Positions 20,316-28,792 of a stretch of DNA of 64,000 bases are shown here, one piece after another. Position 1 is the stretch's first letter; every line of letters starts with the position of its first letter. Under the pieces are notes generated by a model that was given only the letters and a program-made list of their open reading frames with translations, was not told where the DNA came from and did not search any database. The position numbers were made by a program, and so were the translations under genes. The stretch comes from a virus, in IMG/VR virus record IMGVR_UViG_3300042090_002000, positions 1 through 64,000 of that record; one strand, 5' to 3'.

Positions 20316-21794
20316 ATGGCGACATACTATATTTCGTACTCTGCAGGTTCCGATAGCAACAACGGATTGTCGAAAACAACGCCGTGGCAGCGTCACCCAT
20401 ACATGCGCAAATTTGCAGGCAAGTACACGCACGCTGCAGGTGACGTTTTTATTTTCAAGATGGGTGATAGCTGGCCGAACGCTTGCTTCGATATGGTGAT
20501 CGGCGCAGGCGGAACGAGCAGCACTCCTGATCAGTACACCTTCGATCCGACGTGGGGCACAAATCCCGGGACAGTTGGTAACACCGGGCAGACAGTCGGG
20601 GCTTACCAGTTCACCGCAGGCGGAGCCGCCATATCCGGCGGCGACGGATACAACAAATTTATTTTCAACGATGATGTGAACTACGTGACGTTCAATGGAA
20701 TCGAGTTCACGGGCATGGTGTGGACCGGGTCGCCCGCGTTCGGGAATCCGGCGATGATCGACTTGCAGCAGAGCACCAACGTGATTATCTCGAATTGCTA
20801 TTTTCACGGGTGGGCGCACTCCAACACAACATCGGACGCGCTGCTCTGTGTGCTGGGAAACGGGAACTCGCCGTACAACGCAGGCTGTCGCGTGACGGGC
20901 TGCGTATTCGATGGATTGAATTCCGGCGGCCCGGGCATCTCTGACAGCGGGTCGGCCACGTTTGCGATTCCTCTGTCCGACAACAACATCATTCGGAATA
21001 TGTCCAACGGACTTCTGTTGAATGCCAACGGAGTGGCCCATGACAATCTGATCGGGCCGATCAACCAGTCTTTCGATTCCACGAATCATGAGAATTGCAT
21101 TGAGCCCATCGACATGATCCCCGGGGGAACGTCGACGGTTTATATTTATAACAACGTGATTCATGACGCAACAGCCGCGATGATTTTGTGCCAAGGTGCG
21201 GCTCCGAACAATGGCGCGGAGATCGACTACGTTTGGAATAACGTGTTTTACGTGGGGACGGATGCCAATCCACCGATCCCACTGCAGTTCGATTCTATAT
21301 CCACGAACATGGCGAACTGTCAAGTCCACGCATGGAACAACACCATCGTGGGCGGCGCAGGTGCGTGCATGCGTACTGTCAGTCGCGGCAATGGAAATTT
21401 CGGAGTGCTGGATATTCAGAATAACCACTGCATCTCCGACACGGCAGCGCCCGGGGGCATCATCGAATTGGGCGTGACAGGTACCACCCTGAAAAATAAC
21501 AACAACGTCCTGCAGACGCAGAAGGCAGCGGCTGCGCAGGGATACAGCAACACAGAGAAATTTTTCTACAGTCCGACTGCGGGCGGCGCAACGATTGGTG
21601 CGGGCGCGAACCTAGAAAGTCTGGCGACCGGCGCACTGGCTTCGTTGGCGCAGGACACAGGATACGCCGGAGAGCGCACTACTGTTGCCCGACCGACAAG
21701 TGGGGCGTGGGATGCTGGCGCATATCAATTCGCGGCGGGTACAGGTACCGCACCAACACCGCCGACAAATCTTGAAATTGAGAACGTCGCTTAA
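20316..21794 (+). CDS. Right-handed beta-helix (pectin lyase-like) protein, possible depolymerase
   Basis: TYYIS...GSDSNNGLSKTTPW N-terminus, Asn-ladder repeats, WDAGAYQF near the C-terminus. Confidence 0.75.
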   Translation: MATYYISYSAGSDSNNGLSKTTPWQRHPYMRKFAGKYTHAAGDVFIFKMGDSWPNACFDMVIGAGGTSSTPDQYTFDPTWGTNPGTVGNTGQTVGAYQFTAGGAAISGGDGYNKFIFNDDVNYVTFNGIEFTGMVWTGSPAFGNPAMIDLQQSTNVIISNCYFHGWAHSNTTSDALLCVLGNGNSPYNAGCRVTGCVFDGLNSGGPGISDSGSATFAIPLSDNNIIRNMSNGLLLNANGVAHDNLIGPINQSFDSTNHENCIEPIDMIPGGTSTVYIYNNVIHDATAAMILCQGAAPNNGAEIDYVWNNVFYVGTDANPPIPLQFDSISTNMANCQVHAWNNTIVGGAGACMRTVSRGNGNFGVLDIQNNHCISDTAAPGGIIELGVTGTTLKNNNNVLQTQKAAAAQGYSNTEKFFYSPTAGGATIGAGANLESLATGALASLAQDTGYAGERTTVARPTSGAWDAGAYQFAAGTGTAPTPPTNLEIENVA

Positions 21795-21800
21795 AAAGGC

Positions 21801-21829
21801 TTGACACCTTTTCGTGGATGTAGTAGGAT
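21801..21829 (+). promoter_or_regulatory. sigma70 promoter for the ncRNA/tmRNA operon
   Basis: TTGACA-17-TAGGAT. Confidence 0.75.
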
Positions 21830-21835
21830 CGCGGT

Positions 21836-22044
21836 GTCGGACCTACTCACGGGGATGCCACCGCCATCAGGACGTGCATAACGACCGGATGGCAAGCGTA
21901 CCGTTAACTGCGACTTGAAGGTGTCTCCCTGAGTAGGCCTGACTGGTGGAGGTGAAATGGTTCCACTGGGATGTTCGTCGGTCACTGAACCAAGCCATGC
22001 ATGCATGAAACTCATCCGGTCTGCTGCCGAACATCCCAGTGGGG
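21836..22044 (+). ncRNA. Unidentified structured RNA (two long stem-loops)
   Basis: Stem A 21836-21943; stem B 21961-21977/22028-22044; begins at the predicted TSS. Confidence 0.55.
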
Positions 22045-22046
22045 CC

Positions 22047-22396
22047 GTTTCGCTCCGAAAGTTACGCTCGTAGAAAGGTCATGACTGCCTAAGTGGAAGG
22101 GAGTTCAACTCTCCCCCGATCCACCCGATGAGTGATGCGCCATGGGTTTCGTGAAACCCGCCATCTGTTTGTGATCACTCATTCGGTGGGTCGGACGGGT
22201 TTCGACACATAGGTCGAGAAGTGACGCTAGTTCGAGTCGAAGTGAACGCGACGTAATCGCGTATCAAACGATAGACGCCAAAACTAAAATGGCTAAGGTC
22301 CTTGCGTTCCCAGCAATGCGAACTGTGGCTCCGGCCCGACAGTTTGCGCTGGCTGCGTAAGAGCCGCCCGGGAGTGGCCGAAAGCTGCTCCCGGGA
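22047..22396 (+). ncRNA. ssrA: Circularly permuted (two-piece) tmRNA
   Basis: T-arm GGGAG-TTCAACT-CTCCC and acceptor 3' strand CCGATCC-A-CC (22099-22125) precede the 5' strand GGGTCGG-ACGGGTTTCGAC (from 22188); G3:U70 pair; tag 22277-22360 AKTKMAKVLAFPAMRTVAPARQFALAA*. Confidence 0.9.
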
Positions 22397-22406
22397 TTTT
22401 AATTTT

Positions 22407-22907
22407 ATGACAAAAAGTCTTGCAAAACAGAAAGAGTACCGCGACCGGCGAACTGCTGCCGGAATTTGCGTTGCTTGTGGTGGGTTATTATCAAGGAAGA
22501 CCGTGATTTGTGCATCGTGTCAAGAAACACGCAATACGTATCGTCGTACTCGTCGAGCAGATCGCAAGAAAAAAGGGTTGTGTCCAGAATGTGGTGAGGT
22601 TGCTCCTAATGGGCGCACATACTGTTTGGATTGTGTTTTTCTGCATAGACTGGATTTATTAAAATTATCGCCTGAAGAGACGGAGCGAGCCGTTAAGGCA
22701 TGGAATTCATTTCAGGGCGCATGCGAGTGTTGTGGGACTACTCAACCGCCAAAGCGGGGCTGGTTTATGGATCACGATCACAAAGCGAAAAAATTTCGAG
22801 GGATTATATGTCAATTTTGTAATACAGGATTAGGGTATTTTTTCGACGATGTGACCAAACTTCACGCCGCAATCGAATATATAAAAAGGAGTCAAAATCG
22901 TGCCTAG
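22407..22907 (+). CDS. Endonuclease VII-type homing endonuclease
   Basis: Zn-finger repeats; CECC...MDHDHKAKKFRGIICQFCNTGLG. Confidence 0.85.
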   Translation: MTKSLAKQKEYRDRRTAAGICVACGGLLSRKTVICASCQETRNTYRRTRRADRKKKGLCPECGEVAPNGRTYCLDCVFLHRLDLLKLSPEETERAVKAWNSFQGACECCGTTQPPKRGWFMDHDHKAKKFRGIICQFCNTGLGYFFDDVTKLHAAIEYIKRSQNRA

Positions 22908-23133
22908 TCATCGTTTCGAGGGCTTTACGCCGGTTACTGATAGCACGCACATGGATGGGTACAAGTATGATCCGGTGGGAAAAAAACTCACGGTGCGATT
23001 CAAGAACGGTTACGTTTACGAGGCCAGCGGCGTGTCGTCGGAGACGCATCAAGCATTCGTGTCTGCGCCATCACAGGGCACGCACTGGCATTGGGTCATC
23101 AAGGATAATCACAACATCACACGGGTAAAGTAG
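22900..23133 (+). CDS. KTSC domain protein
   Basis: YDPVGKKLTVRFKNGYVY...GVS...AFVSAPSQG. Confidence 0.85.
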   Translation: MPSHRFEGFTPVTDSTHMDGYKYDPVGKKLTVRFKNGYVYEASGVSSETHQAFVSAPSQGTHWHWVIKDNHNITRVK

Positions 23134-23353
23134 GGCGTTCGTTCTCGAACGGCGCGAAACCATCCATTGTTATGTCTATATCGGCATCGGCGGCGTCATG
23201 ACACTCTTCGTGCATACGCCAATTTTGAAATTCGCTCTCCCACATCCCGACAAACTGATAGTGAACCTCTCCCGCCGGAATGGATTGGCCACACCACGCG
23301 CAGCGATAGTTTTTCATTGCCCGTGGGTGTGACGATCTTCCGAAGTCGCTCAT
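23117..23353 (-). CDS. Hypothetical Zn-finger phage protein
   Basis: RCAWCGQSIPAGE...HEEC. Confidence 0.65.
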   Translation of the reverse strand: MSDFGRSSHPRAMKNYRCAWCGQSIPAGEVHYQFVGMWESEFQNWRMHEECHDAADADIDITMDGFAPFENERPTLPV

Positions 23354-23562
23354 CAGTCGTTCTCCGGGCGCGCGAGTTCTCCGTAGATAACGGTTGGCTC
23401 TGGTGGTTGTGCCGGACGGTAGAATGGCAAGCTGGCGCGGAACGAGTAGACCACCATTTGATCCCCTTCCAAACTAGAGAGCATCTTCGCCAGTCGTCTG
23501 CGCATGTCATGCACAGAGACGAGAGTTCCTTCACAATCCACATTGATGTTCAGTTGAGCCAT
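23353..23562 (-). CDS. Hypothetical protein
   Basis: GAGGAG RBS; coupled to its neighbours. Confidence 0.5.
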   Translation of the reverse strand: MAQLNINVDCEGTLVSVHDMRRRLAKMLSSLEGDQMVVYSFRASLPFYRPAQPPEPTVIYGELARPEND

Positions 23563-23569
23563 ATTCTCC

Positions 23570-24589
23570 TCATTCCATTGATTTGATGATGTCCGAAAGT
23601 TCTTGCCGACCTGCAGAAGTCAGAGAATAACCCCACCGTTTCTCGAATTGCTTCAGACGCTCAACCGGCGACTCGTGATTCGGAATGAACCATGAGCCCA
23701 CGCGCGTCAGAAGGTCTTTCACTTTTTCGGGCACGAGAACCCACTTGACCCCGGCGACCGTGGCACGCTTGATTTCTTCCTGTGTGGTTACGGGCACCGC
23801 GTCATATCCATTACGCGCCACATAATAGTTGTAGTGGCGATTCACGAAGTCCGATCCGGCATAGGTATGCGACGAGACGTACTCGACATCCGGGGCTCCA
23901 GCCTCCATCAGTTCGGAACAACGCTCATCATGGCCGCGCAGAATCCAAAGCTGCGAAGTCTCCCATGCGAGATCGAAGCCGTCGACCATGCCGCGATCCC
24001 TGTCGAGTTTGATTCGTCCCGGGCGAAACGCATAGCCGCATTTGAATCCCTTGACCGTTGCCACGTAGAGGCCGCCCACGTAGATGCGCCCGCGCTGCGC
24101 CGGTTCATCCAGAATCATATTAGGAGCGTCGGGTGTGAAGATGTTCGGGGTGATTGTTCTCCACGTCTCTTCGGAGATGTCAGAAATGTAGAAGTGAACA
24201 CCTGTGATTGATTTGGCTGCCATGACGTGGACGCACAGCACAGTTGCGTCGAAGGTGATATCGTGTTCCAGTTTGGCTATCCAGATGGTGTCGCCGGTGT
24301 GGATGACGACTTTATATTTCATGCGGGTGAGGGCAAGTAACGCGATCTTGTACCCCTCGCCGAATTTGCCGCGCTTGGATAGATCATCTCGTTTTGACGA
24401 TGTACCCAGCACGAGCGACGACGGCGTGAGTTGGCCGGTTGCGGACGAAATCTCGATGCGTTTTGCGGCGGGGTTGTATTGGATCGAGGCCCCGCCTTCG
24501 TCGAGGGCGTTCTGGTAAATTTCGCGCACGGCTTCCCAGAGGCCCCAGTGAGCGCAGTACGTCTCCGCGATAGGAAGCGTATACTTCAC
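23570..24589 (-). CDS. GHKL (HATPase_c) ATPase domain protein
   Basis: AVREIYQNALD, GTSSK, RGKFGEGYK motifs. Confidence 0.8.
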   Translation of the reverse strand: MKYTLPIAETYCAHWGLWEAVREIYQNALDEGGASIQYNPAAKRIEISSATGQLTPSSLVLGTSSKRDDLSKRGKFGEGYKIALLALTRMKYKVVIHTGDTIWIAKLEHDITFDATVLCVHVMAAKSITGVHFYISDISEETWRTITPNIFTPDAPNMILDEPAQRGRIYVGGLYVATVKGFKCGYAFRPGRIKLDRDRGMVDGFDLAWETSQLWILRGHDERCSELMEAGAPDVEYVSSHTYAGSDFVNRHYNYYVARNGYDAVPVTTQEEIKRATVAGVKWVLVPEKVKDLLTRVGSWFIPNHESPVERLKQFEKRWGYSLTSAGRQELSDIIKSME

Positions 24590-25152
24590 AGTGAGAATTC
24601 TCCCATGACGTTCTCCGCCAGATCGCGGGCTTGTTCGAGTAGATCATCATCTTCCGCCGGTGAGTCGGCTTCGGAATCTTCCGGCACATCGGAGTCGGTT
24701 GACGACTCTTCGAGCCCGCGAACTTCTTGCGCCGCGTTGTTGAGGGTGTCGACGTATTCCGTGAGCCCGTCGATTTTTTCTTGGATATTTGATCCCTGAT
24801 CCCCTTCCTGAAAGCCTTGGGGCAGGTTGTCGAAAGATTCCTGATATTCGTCGCGGACGCTTTCGATATCGCTGGCTGTCTCTTCGAGAGCCACGGCGAT
24901 ATCTTCGATGGTGATCTTCTCTTCGGCGATCCGGTCTTCGAGGGACTCGTTTGCAGCGTACGCGCTGGACATTTTGGAACCTGTTAGCTCGCTCTGCCGG
25001 GGGTGATGATCTTTACACCGAATCTGTTTTGCGCCCCGGAAGCCAACGGCGAAATAAAAATATTTGTCGCCGGGCTGGATCACTGCTTGGCAGCGTCCGC
25101 ACTTGATTTCGTTACCGGCTTTCGACTTTTTTGCTTCGAAACATTTAGCCAC
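24586..25152 (-). CDS. Hypothetical protein (Zn finger + acidic coiled coil)
   Basis: CGRC...C..H; EYQESFDNLPQGFQ. Confidence 0.65.
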   Translation of the reverse strand: MAKCFEAKKSKAGNEIKCGRCQAVIQPGDKYFYFAVGFRGAKQIRCKDHHPRQSELTGSKMSSAYAANESLEDRIAEEKITIEDIAVALEETASDIESVRDEYQESFDNLPQGFQEGDQGSNIQEKIDGLTEYVDTLNNAAQEVRGLEESSTDSDVPEDSEADSPAEDDDLLEQARDLAENVMGEFSL

Positions 25153-25194
25153 GTTTCACCTCGCTGGGAAGAGTCCCATAGATTTACTTTTGTG

Positions 25195-25752
25195 TCAAGC
25201 AAAAACTAGACTGTTCATCGCGTCTTGCGCAAGCACATTATCATTCTCGCGAAGATATACGAAAGCCGACGCAGCGGATTTGTGTGCCAGAAACTCAGTG
25301 ACTGCGCCGATGCGTTGTGTTGCGTCGAAGATGGCCATCGCGGCGCTGTGGCGGAACATGTGCGAGTGCGCGAAGCTGGTGTGGATTCCCGCAAGCACGC
25401 ATGCCTTCTCAATCATCGCGTTGAAGTAGTCGCGCGACAGGCCGTCGAAGAGTCGCGAGGTACGCTTGATCTGAGCCATGGTGATCATTGGCGTCATATC
25501 GAATGCCGGGTCGTCGCAGATATGGAGCGCCCGCACGACTTTCTTGCCGCGCTTTGCCGCCGGAACCAAGATCACCCACTTACCGTCGATCTGACAAACA
25601 TCTTCGCCGCAGAGAGACAACATTTGCGAGACGCGGGTCCCCGTAAAAAACATCGTCAACATGGCCATGTGGTGCAGGCGGCTTTTGAGTGTGTCTGCAT
25701 CGTACGCGGCCCGGAAGACTTTCGCAAGATCACTGATCGGCAGATATTCCAT
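25195..25752 (-). CDS. Minimal tyrosine recombinase (catalytic domain only)
   Basis: TGTRVSQ, K, HMFRHS, LAHKS, Y catalytic set in 185 aa. Confidence 0.85.
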   Translation of the reverse strand: MEYLPISDLAKVFRAAYDADTLKSRLHHMAMLTMFFTGTRVSQMLSLCGEDVCQIDGKWVILVPAAKRGKKVVRALHICDDPAFDMTPMITMAQIKRTSRLFDGLSRDYFNAMIEKACVLAGIHTSFAHSHMFRHSAAMAIFDATQRIGAVTEFLAHKSAASAFVYLRENDNVLAQDAMNSLVFA

Positions 25753-25776
25753 GTCCGCTATCTCCTCTCTACGCGA

Positions 25777-26010
25777 TCAGAATAGCAAGAACCTAATCCT
25801 ATTTGCAATGGTACTTTCGGTTCGTTTTTGCGATGGTACTTCAACTTCGAGATTGATGGCGGCCTCAACCATTCGCATGGTGTTGCGCAGGCCGCAGGTG
25901 CAGAACTCCGTCATTTCGATTTCACAACTTGCGCGATGCTCCCGAAAAGCGGCGAGGACGTTGATTACTTGTTCGAGTTTTTCAATCTTCACTTCGGCGG
26001 TCACTTTCAT
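25777..26010 (-). CDS. Hypothetical protein
   Basis: GGGAG RBS; H...C...CTCGL motif. Confidence 0.5.
   Translation of the reverse strand: MKVTAEVKIEKLEQVINVLAAFREHRASCEIEMTEFCTCGLRNTMRMVEAAINLEVEVPSQKRTESTIANRIRFLLF
25779..25822 (-). promoter_or_regulatory. sigma70 promoter with half GTAC box upstream of the recombinase
   Basis: Minus strand: AACC-gaaa-GTAC-ca-TTGCAA-18-TATTCT. Confidence 0.5.
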
Positions 26011-26232
26011 AGGTGCTCCCTTGGAGTGCTGATCACGACACCAATCAGCACCAGCATTACGAATGTGCAAATCCAGAAACCGATCATATAATTCGGACCG
26101 CGATCATGATACCTGTCGCGGATACCCAGTACAAGGTTCGCTTCCAATCCCCCTGCAGCGCGTAGCCGACGACCGCCATCACGTCGACGCCGATACCGAT
26201 GTTCACGGCGATCTGGCCCCAGTTGCGATGCA

Positions 26233-26820
26233 CTATCGCCTCCCAGCCAGCGCGAGAATCTTCGGGACGTAGAAGTCATCGCACGTCGCGCAGCCCACGC
26301 CGTCACCTTGGTAGCGCCGGACGCCTTCGAGCGTGCCGTATTGTTTGATGAGGCTCCCCAGAATTGTGGCCCCGGCATGCAGGTTGTCGGCAGGATTGAG
26401 CAGGTTTGTCTTGCCCGCAAAGTCGAATTTATCTTTCCAGACTTTCGCGCGAACTTGCGTCAAGCCGATAGCGCCCCGATTGCTCACGGCCATGGGATCG
26501 CAGGATGACTCGACTGCGACAAGTGCCGCGAGGATACGCGGATCGGTGTTTGAGGCGATGGCTTCGGCTGCAATATCATTGATCAACTTCGGGTCTGCAT
26601 CTGCGCAGCCTTGCGAGCGACCGAACACGCGGGCAACATCGAGAGACGCGGCGAACTGTTTTGTCTGGTACATCGGCTGGTCAGCGGCAGCCGCATGAAT
26701 AATGGGAGCCATCGGGCGTACGTGTGGATCAGTTTTCGCGGCATAGAAGACGATGCTGCCCAACATCACCAGAATCATTGGAAGTGCAATTGCGCGAGCC
26801 GTGCTTTTTGAGAGTGTCAT
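26233..26820 (-). CDS. Lytic transglycosylase (SLT domain) with N-terminal TM
   Basis: AALVAVESS.DPMAVS.RGAIGLTQV, NLHAGA, Y.G; GGAGG RBS. Confidence 0.85.
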   Translation of the reverse strand: MTLSKSTARAIALPMILVMLGSIVFYAAKTDPHVRPMAPIIHAAAADQPMYQTKQFAASLDVARVFGRSQGCADADPKLINDIAAEAIASNTDPRILAALVAVESSCDPMAVSNRGAIGLTQVRAKVWKDKFDFAGKTNLLNPADNLHAGATILGSLIKQYGTLEGVRRYQGDGVGCATCDDFYVPKILALAGRR

Positions 26821-26837
26821 TGTTTCCTCCGGCACGC

Positions 26838-26886
26838 ATAATCTCATGATTGCGACTAGAACACAATGGTACGAACGTACCAGTAC
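26838..26886 (-). promoter_or_regulatory. Promoter with GTAC-N4-GTAC box
   Basis: Minus strand: GTAC-gttc-GTAC-ca-TTGTGT-17-GATTAT. Confidence 0.5.
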
Positions 26887-26897
26887 CAAAATTTCGC

Positions 26898-26925
26898 TTG
26901 ACAGAAAATCCAGATATGATAAAGT
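26898..26925 (+). promoter_or_regulatory. sigma70 promoter
   Basis: TTGACA-16-TAAAGT with extended TG. Confidence 0.55.
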
Positions 26926-26934
26926 GGCTGCACG

Positions 26935-27025
26935 GTGGCTCGACTGAGCCCGGCAGCACCACCCTGTAGCCAGCATGGCCGGGGAGGCAGGCACCGGGCT
27001 CCAGCGGCCTTCGTGGGGAAGCCAC
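26935..27025 (+). ncRNA. Candidate small structured RNA or leader
   Basis: GTGGCT/AGCCAC and GAGCCCGG/CCGGGCTC nested stems immediately after the promoter. Confidence 0.4.
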
Positions 27026-27206
27026 TAATCTAATGAACTCCAATGGATCGCTGCTTCCTTAATTCGAGGAGACAATGTGGATATGTTAGATTGGGGTCTT
27101 TTGTTGGGCGGTATCTGGCTCTTAGGGGCCGCAGTGCTGGCGTTGCTGATTGGGCCGGTGATGCGCGAAGACAAATATCTTTTCGGTTTCTGCATTCGGA
27201 GGGATC

Positions 27207-27392
27207 GTGACGATTCCTAAGTTCGAGCCGGGCGATCTGAATTCTATTATGGCGTGGTATCTGACGGGCAAGGTTACCATGTCTCAACTGTGTGATGAAT
27301 TGAACGCCCGCCTGCAAGAAAAAGCGGAACGCGAACACGACGCAGCGTTGGCCGACGCGCGCCGACGAGGTTTCCGACCCAATTGTTATTAG
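27207..27392 (+). CDS. Hypothetical protein
   Basis: GGAGG RBS. Confidence 0.45.
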   Translation: MTIPKFEPGDLNSIMAWYLTGKVTMSQLCDELNARLQEKAEREHDAALADARRRGFRPNCY

Positions 27393-27403
27393 AGGAGAGT
27401 GTT

Positions 27404-27994
27404 ATGAGCGATCAATGCCAAAGCTGCGGCTCGTACCAGAATCTGAAAATTTGTGCGCTGTGCGCCGCCTCGCTGATCTGTGATCGCTGTCGTGGGCATC
27501 ACGAGTTCGGCTGCAAGGAAGCCCAAGAAAAGAAGGCGCGCGGACAGGGAAAAACTGTGCGCGAGATCGGGCGGTCCGACGTAGTGATTCCGCCGATGGC
27601 TGGTCGACAGATTCAATCTCCAGAAGCAACTCGTCCCGGCAATATGAATCCCGGGATTGGCGAGACGAGGCAGCTATCCGTTTCAGCACGGTTGCCGGAA
27701 CCAATCAAGGTTGCAAGTCAGATTCAGGACCCGGTCGACGAGACCGCGCAGAATGAGGCATTCAACGCGGCGATGGATGTCGCGCGGCAACTGCAGATCG
27801 ATATCGCGGCGAGCATGATCGGCGCGGAAGTTGTCTTGCCCGCTGGACCGGAGCCGGATGTCGACGAAATCAACATGCAGATCGCGGAAGCGGTCGCCGC
27901 TGATGATGGGATGCCACTGCCAAATTTCGAAGAGATTGATGCTGTGATTGCAGAAGCTGAACAGGCTGCAGCGTCCAGCACGAACGAGAATTGA
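27404..27994 (+). CDS. Hypothetical Zn-finger protein with acidic tail
   Basis: CxxC...CxxC...CxxC..H..C; GAGGAG RBS. Confidence 0.6.
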   Translation: MSDQCQSCGSYQNLKICALCAASLICDRCRGHHEFGCKEAQEKKARGQGKTVREIGRSDVVIPPMAGRQIQSPEATRPGNMNPGIGETRQLSVSARLPEPIKVASQIQDPVDETAQNEAFNAAMDVARQLQIDIAASMIGAEVVLPAGPEPDVDEINMQIAEAVAADDGMPLPNFEEIDAVIAEAEQAAASSTNEN

Positions 27995-28075
27995 GTCGAA
28001 CCAGACGAGGAGTGAAATCCAAGCGGCATATGTTTGGCTCAAGAGTTTTTGTTAAATCTACGTTTGGAGGAAACA

Positions 28076-28792
28076 ATGAGAGGCCGTAAACTTCTGAGCA
28101 TTTTATTTTTGATGATGGCGCTTCTGTTCGTGATCCCGGTGCATGCGCAGACGCGCGTGCTGCTGGGTGTGAACGGCGGGCAAGATTTTGACAACTCGAA
28201 CGTCGGCGGCACGCTGGGCTTCGAAGTTCCGTTCCTGCATCATTACGAGTTGGATTTGACCGACACATTCTCGCCGATTGAGTCCCACGTTTCGCTGGGC
28301 GGTGGGCGCGCTAATATCGTGAGTGCAGGCGGCCATATTTGGTTGACGAAGTCGTTCGGTCTCGTCGGTAGCGCGGAAGATTCTGCGTACAACGTGACGA
28401 AGGTTTCGAAGGATGACGACTACGCGCTGGGCGGCTTCGCATGGCGCGGGCTCGTTGGTGGCGCGCCAACGCGCTTCCAGCTTCAGTTCATAGACGAGTT
28501 CAACAACGGCATCAACTCGACCGGGCTTGAGACTCCGCATCTGCAGGGCGTCGACTTCGGATTTACGATGCGCTTCGGCTGCGTCAGTTTCTTCTGTGTC
28601 CGCAACTCCGAAGACTTTGTTGCTGGGGCTGTCAAAACCCAATCAAATCCCGCCTGTGATGGAACATACGGGATTACGGGGGGACCAAATGGTGGGCCTT
28701 GCCCTCGTGCTACGGCCTTTGGTGGAGGGGTAACAGGCTCTGTGGTTTTTGAGTTTCCGCGCCATCGCGCTATTGAAAATGATGCCTTCTAA
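28076..28792 (+). CDS. Secreted outer-membrane beta-barrel-like protein
   Basis: Signal peptide ending VHA|Q; amphipathic beta strands. Confidence 0.55.
   Translation: MRGRKLLSILFLMMALLFVIPVHAQTRVLLGVNGGQDFDNSNVGGTLGFEVPFLHHYELDLTDTFSPIESHVSLGGGRANIVSAGGHIWLTKSFGLVGSAEDSAYNVTKVSKDDDYALGGFAWRGLVGGAPTRFQLQFIDEFNNGINSTGLETPHLQGVDFGFTMRFGCVSFFCVRNSEDFVAGAVKTQSNPACDGTYGITGGPNGGPCPRATAFGGGVTGSVVFEFPRHRAIENDAF

Noticed and set aside
21836-22044. Identification as RNase P, SRP or canonical 6S RNA
   Set aside because: It lacks GAGGAAAGUCC and the SRP GNRA/AGCAG motif, and it is not a single rod with a central bubble; left unassigned.
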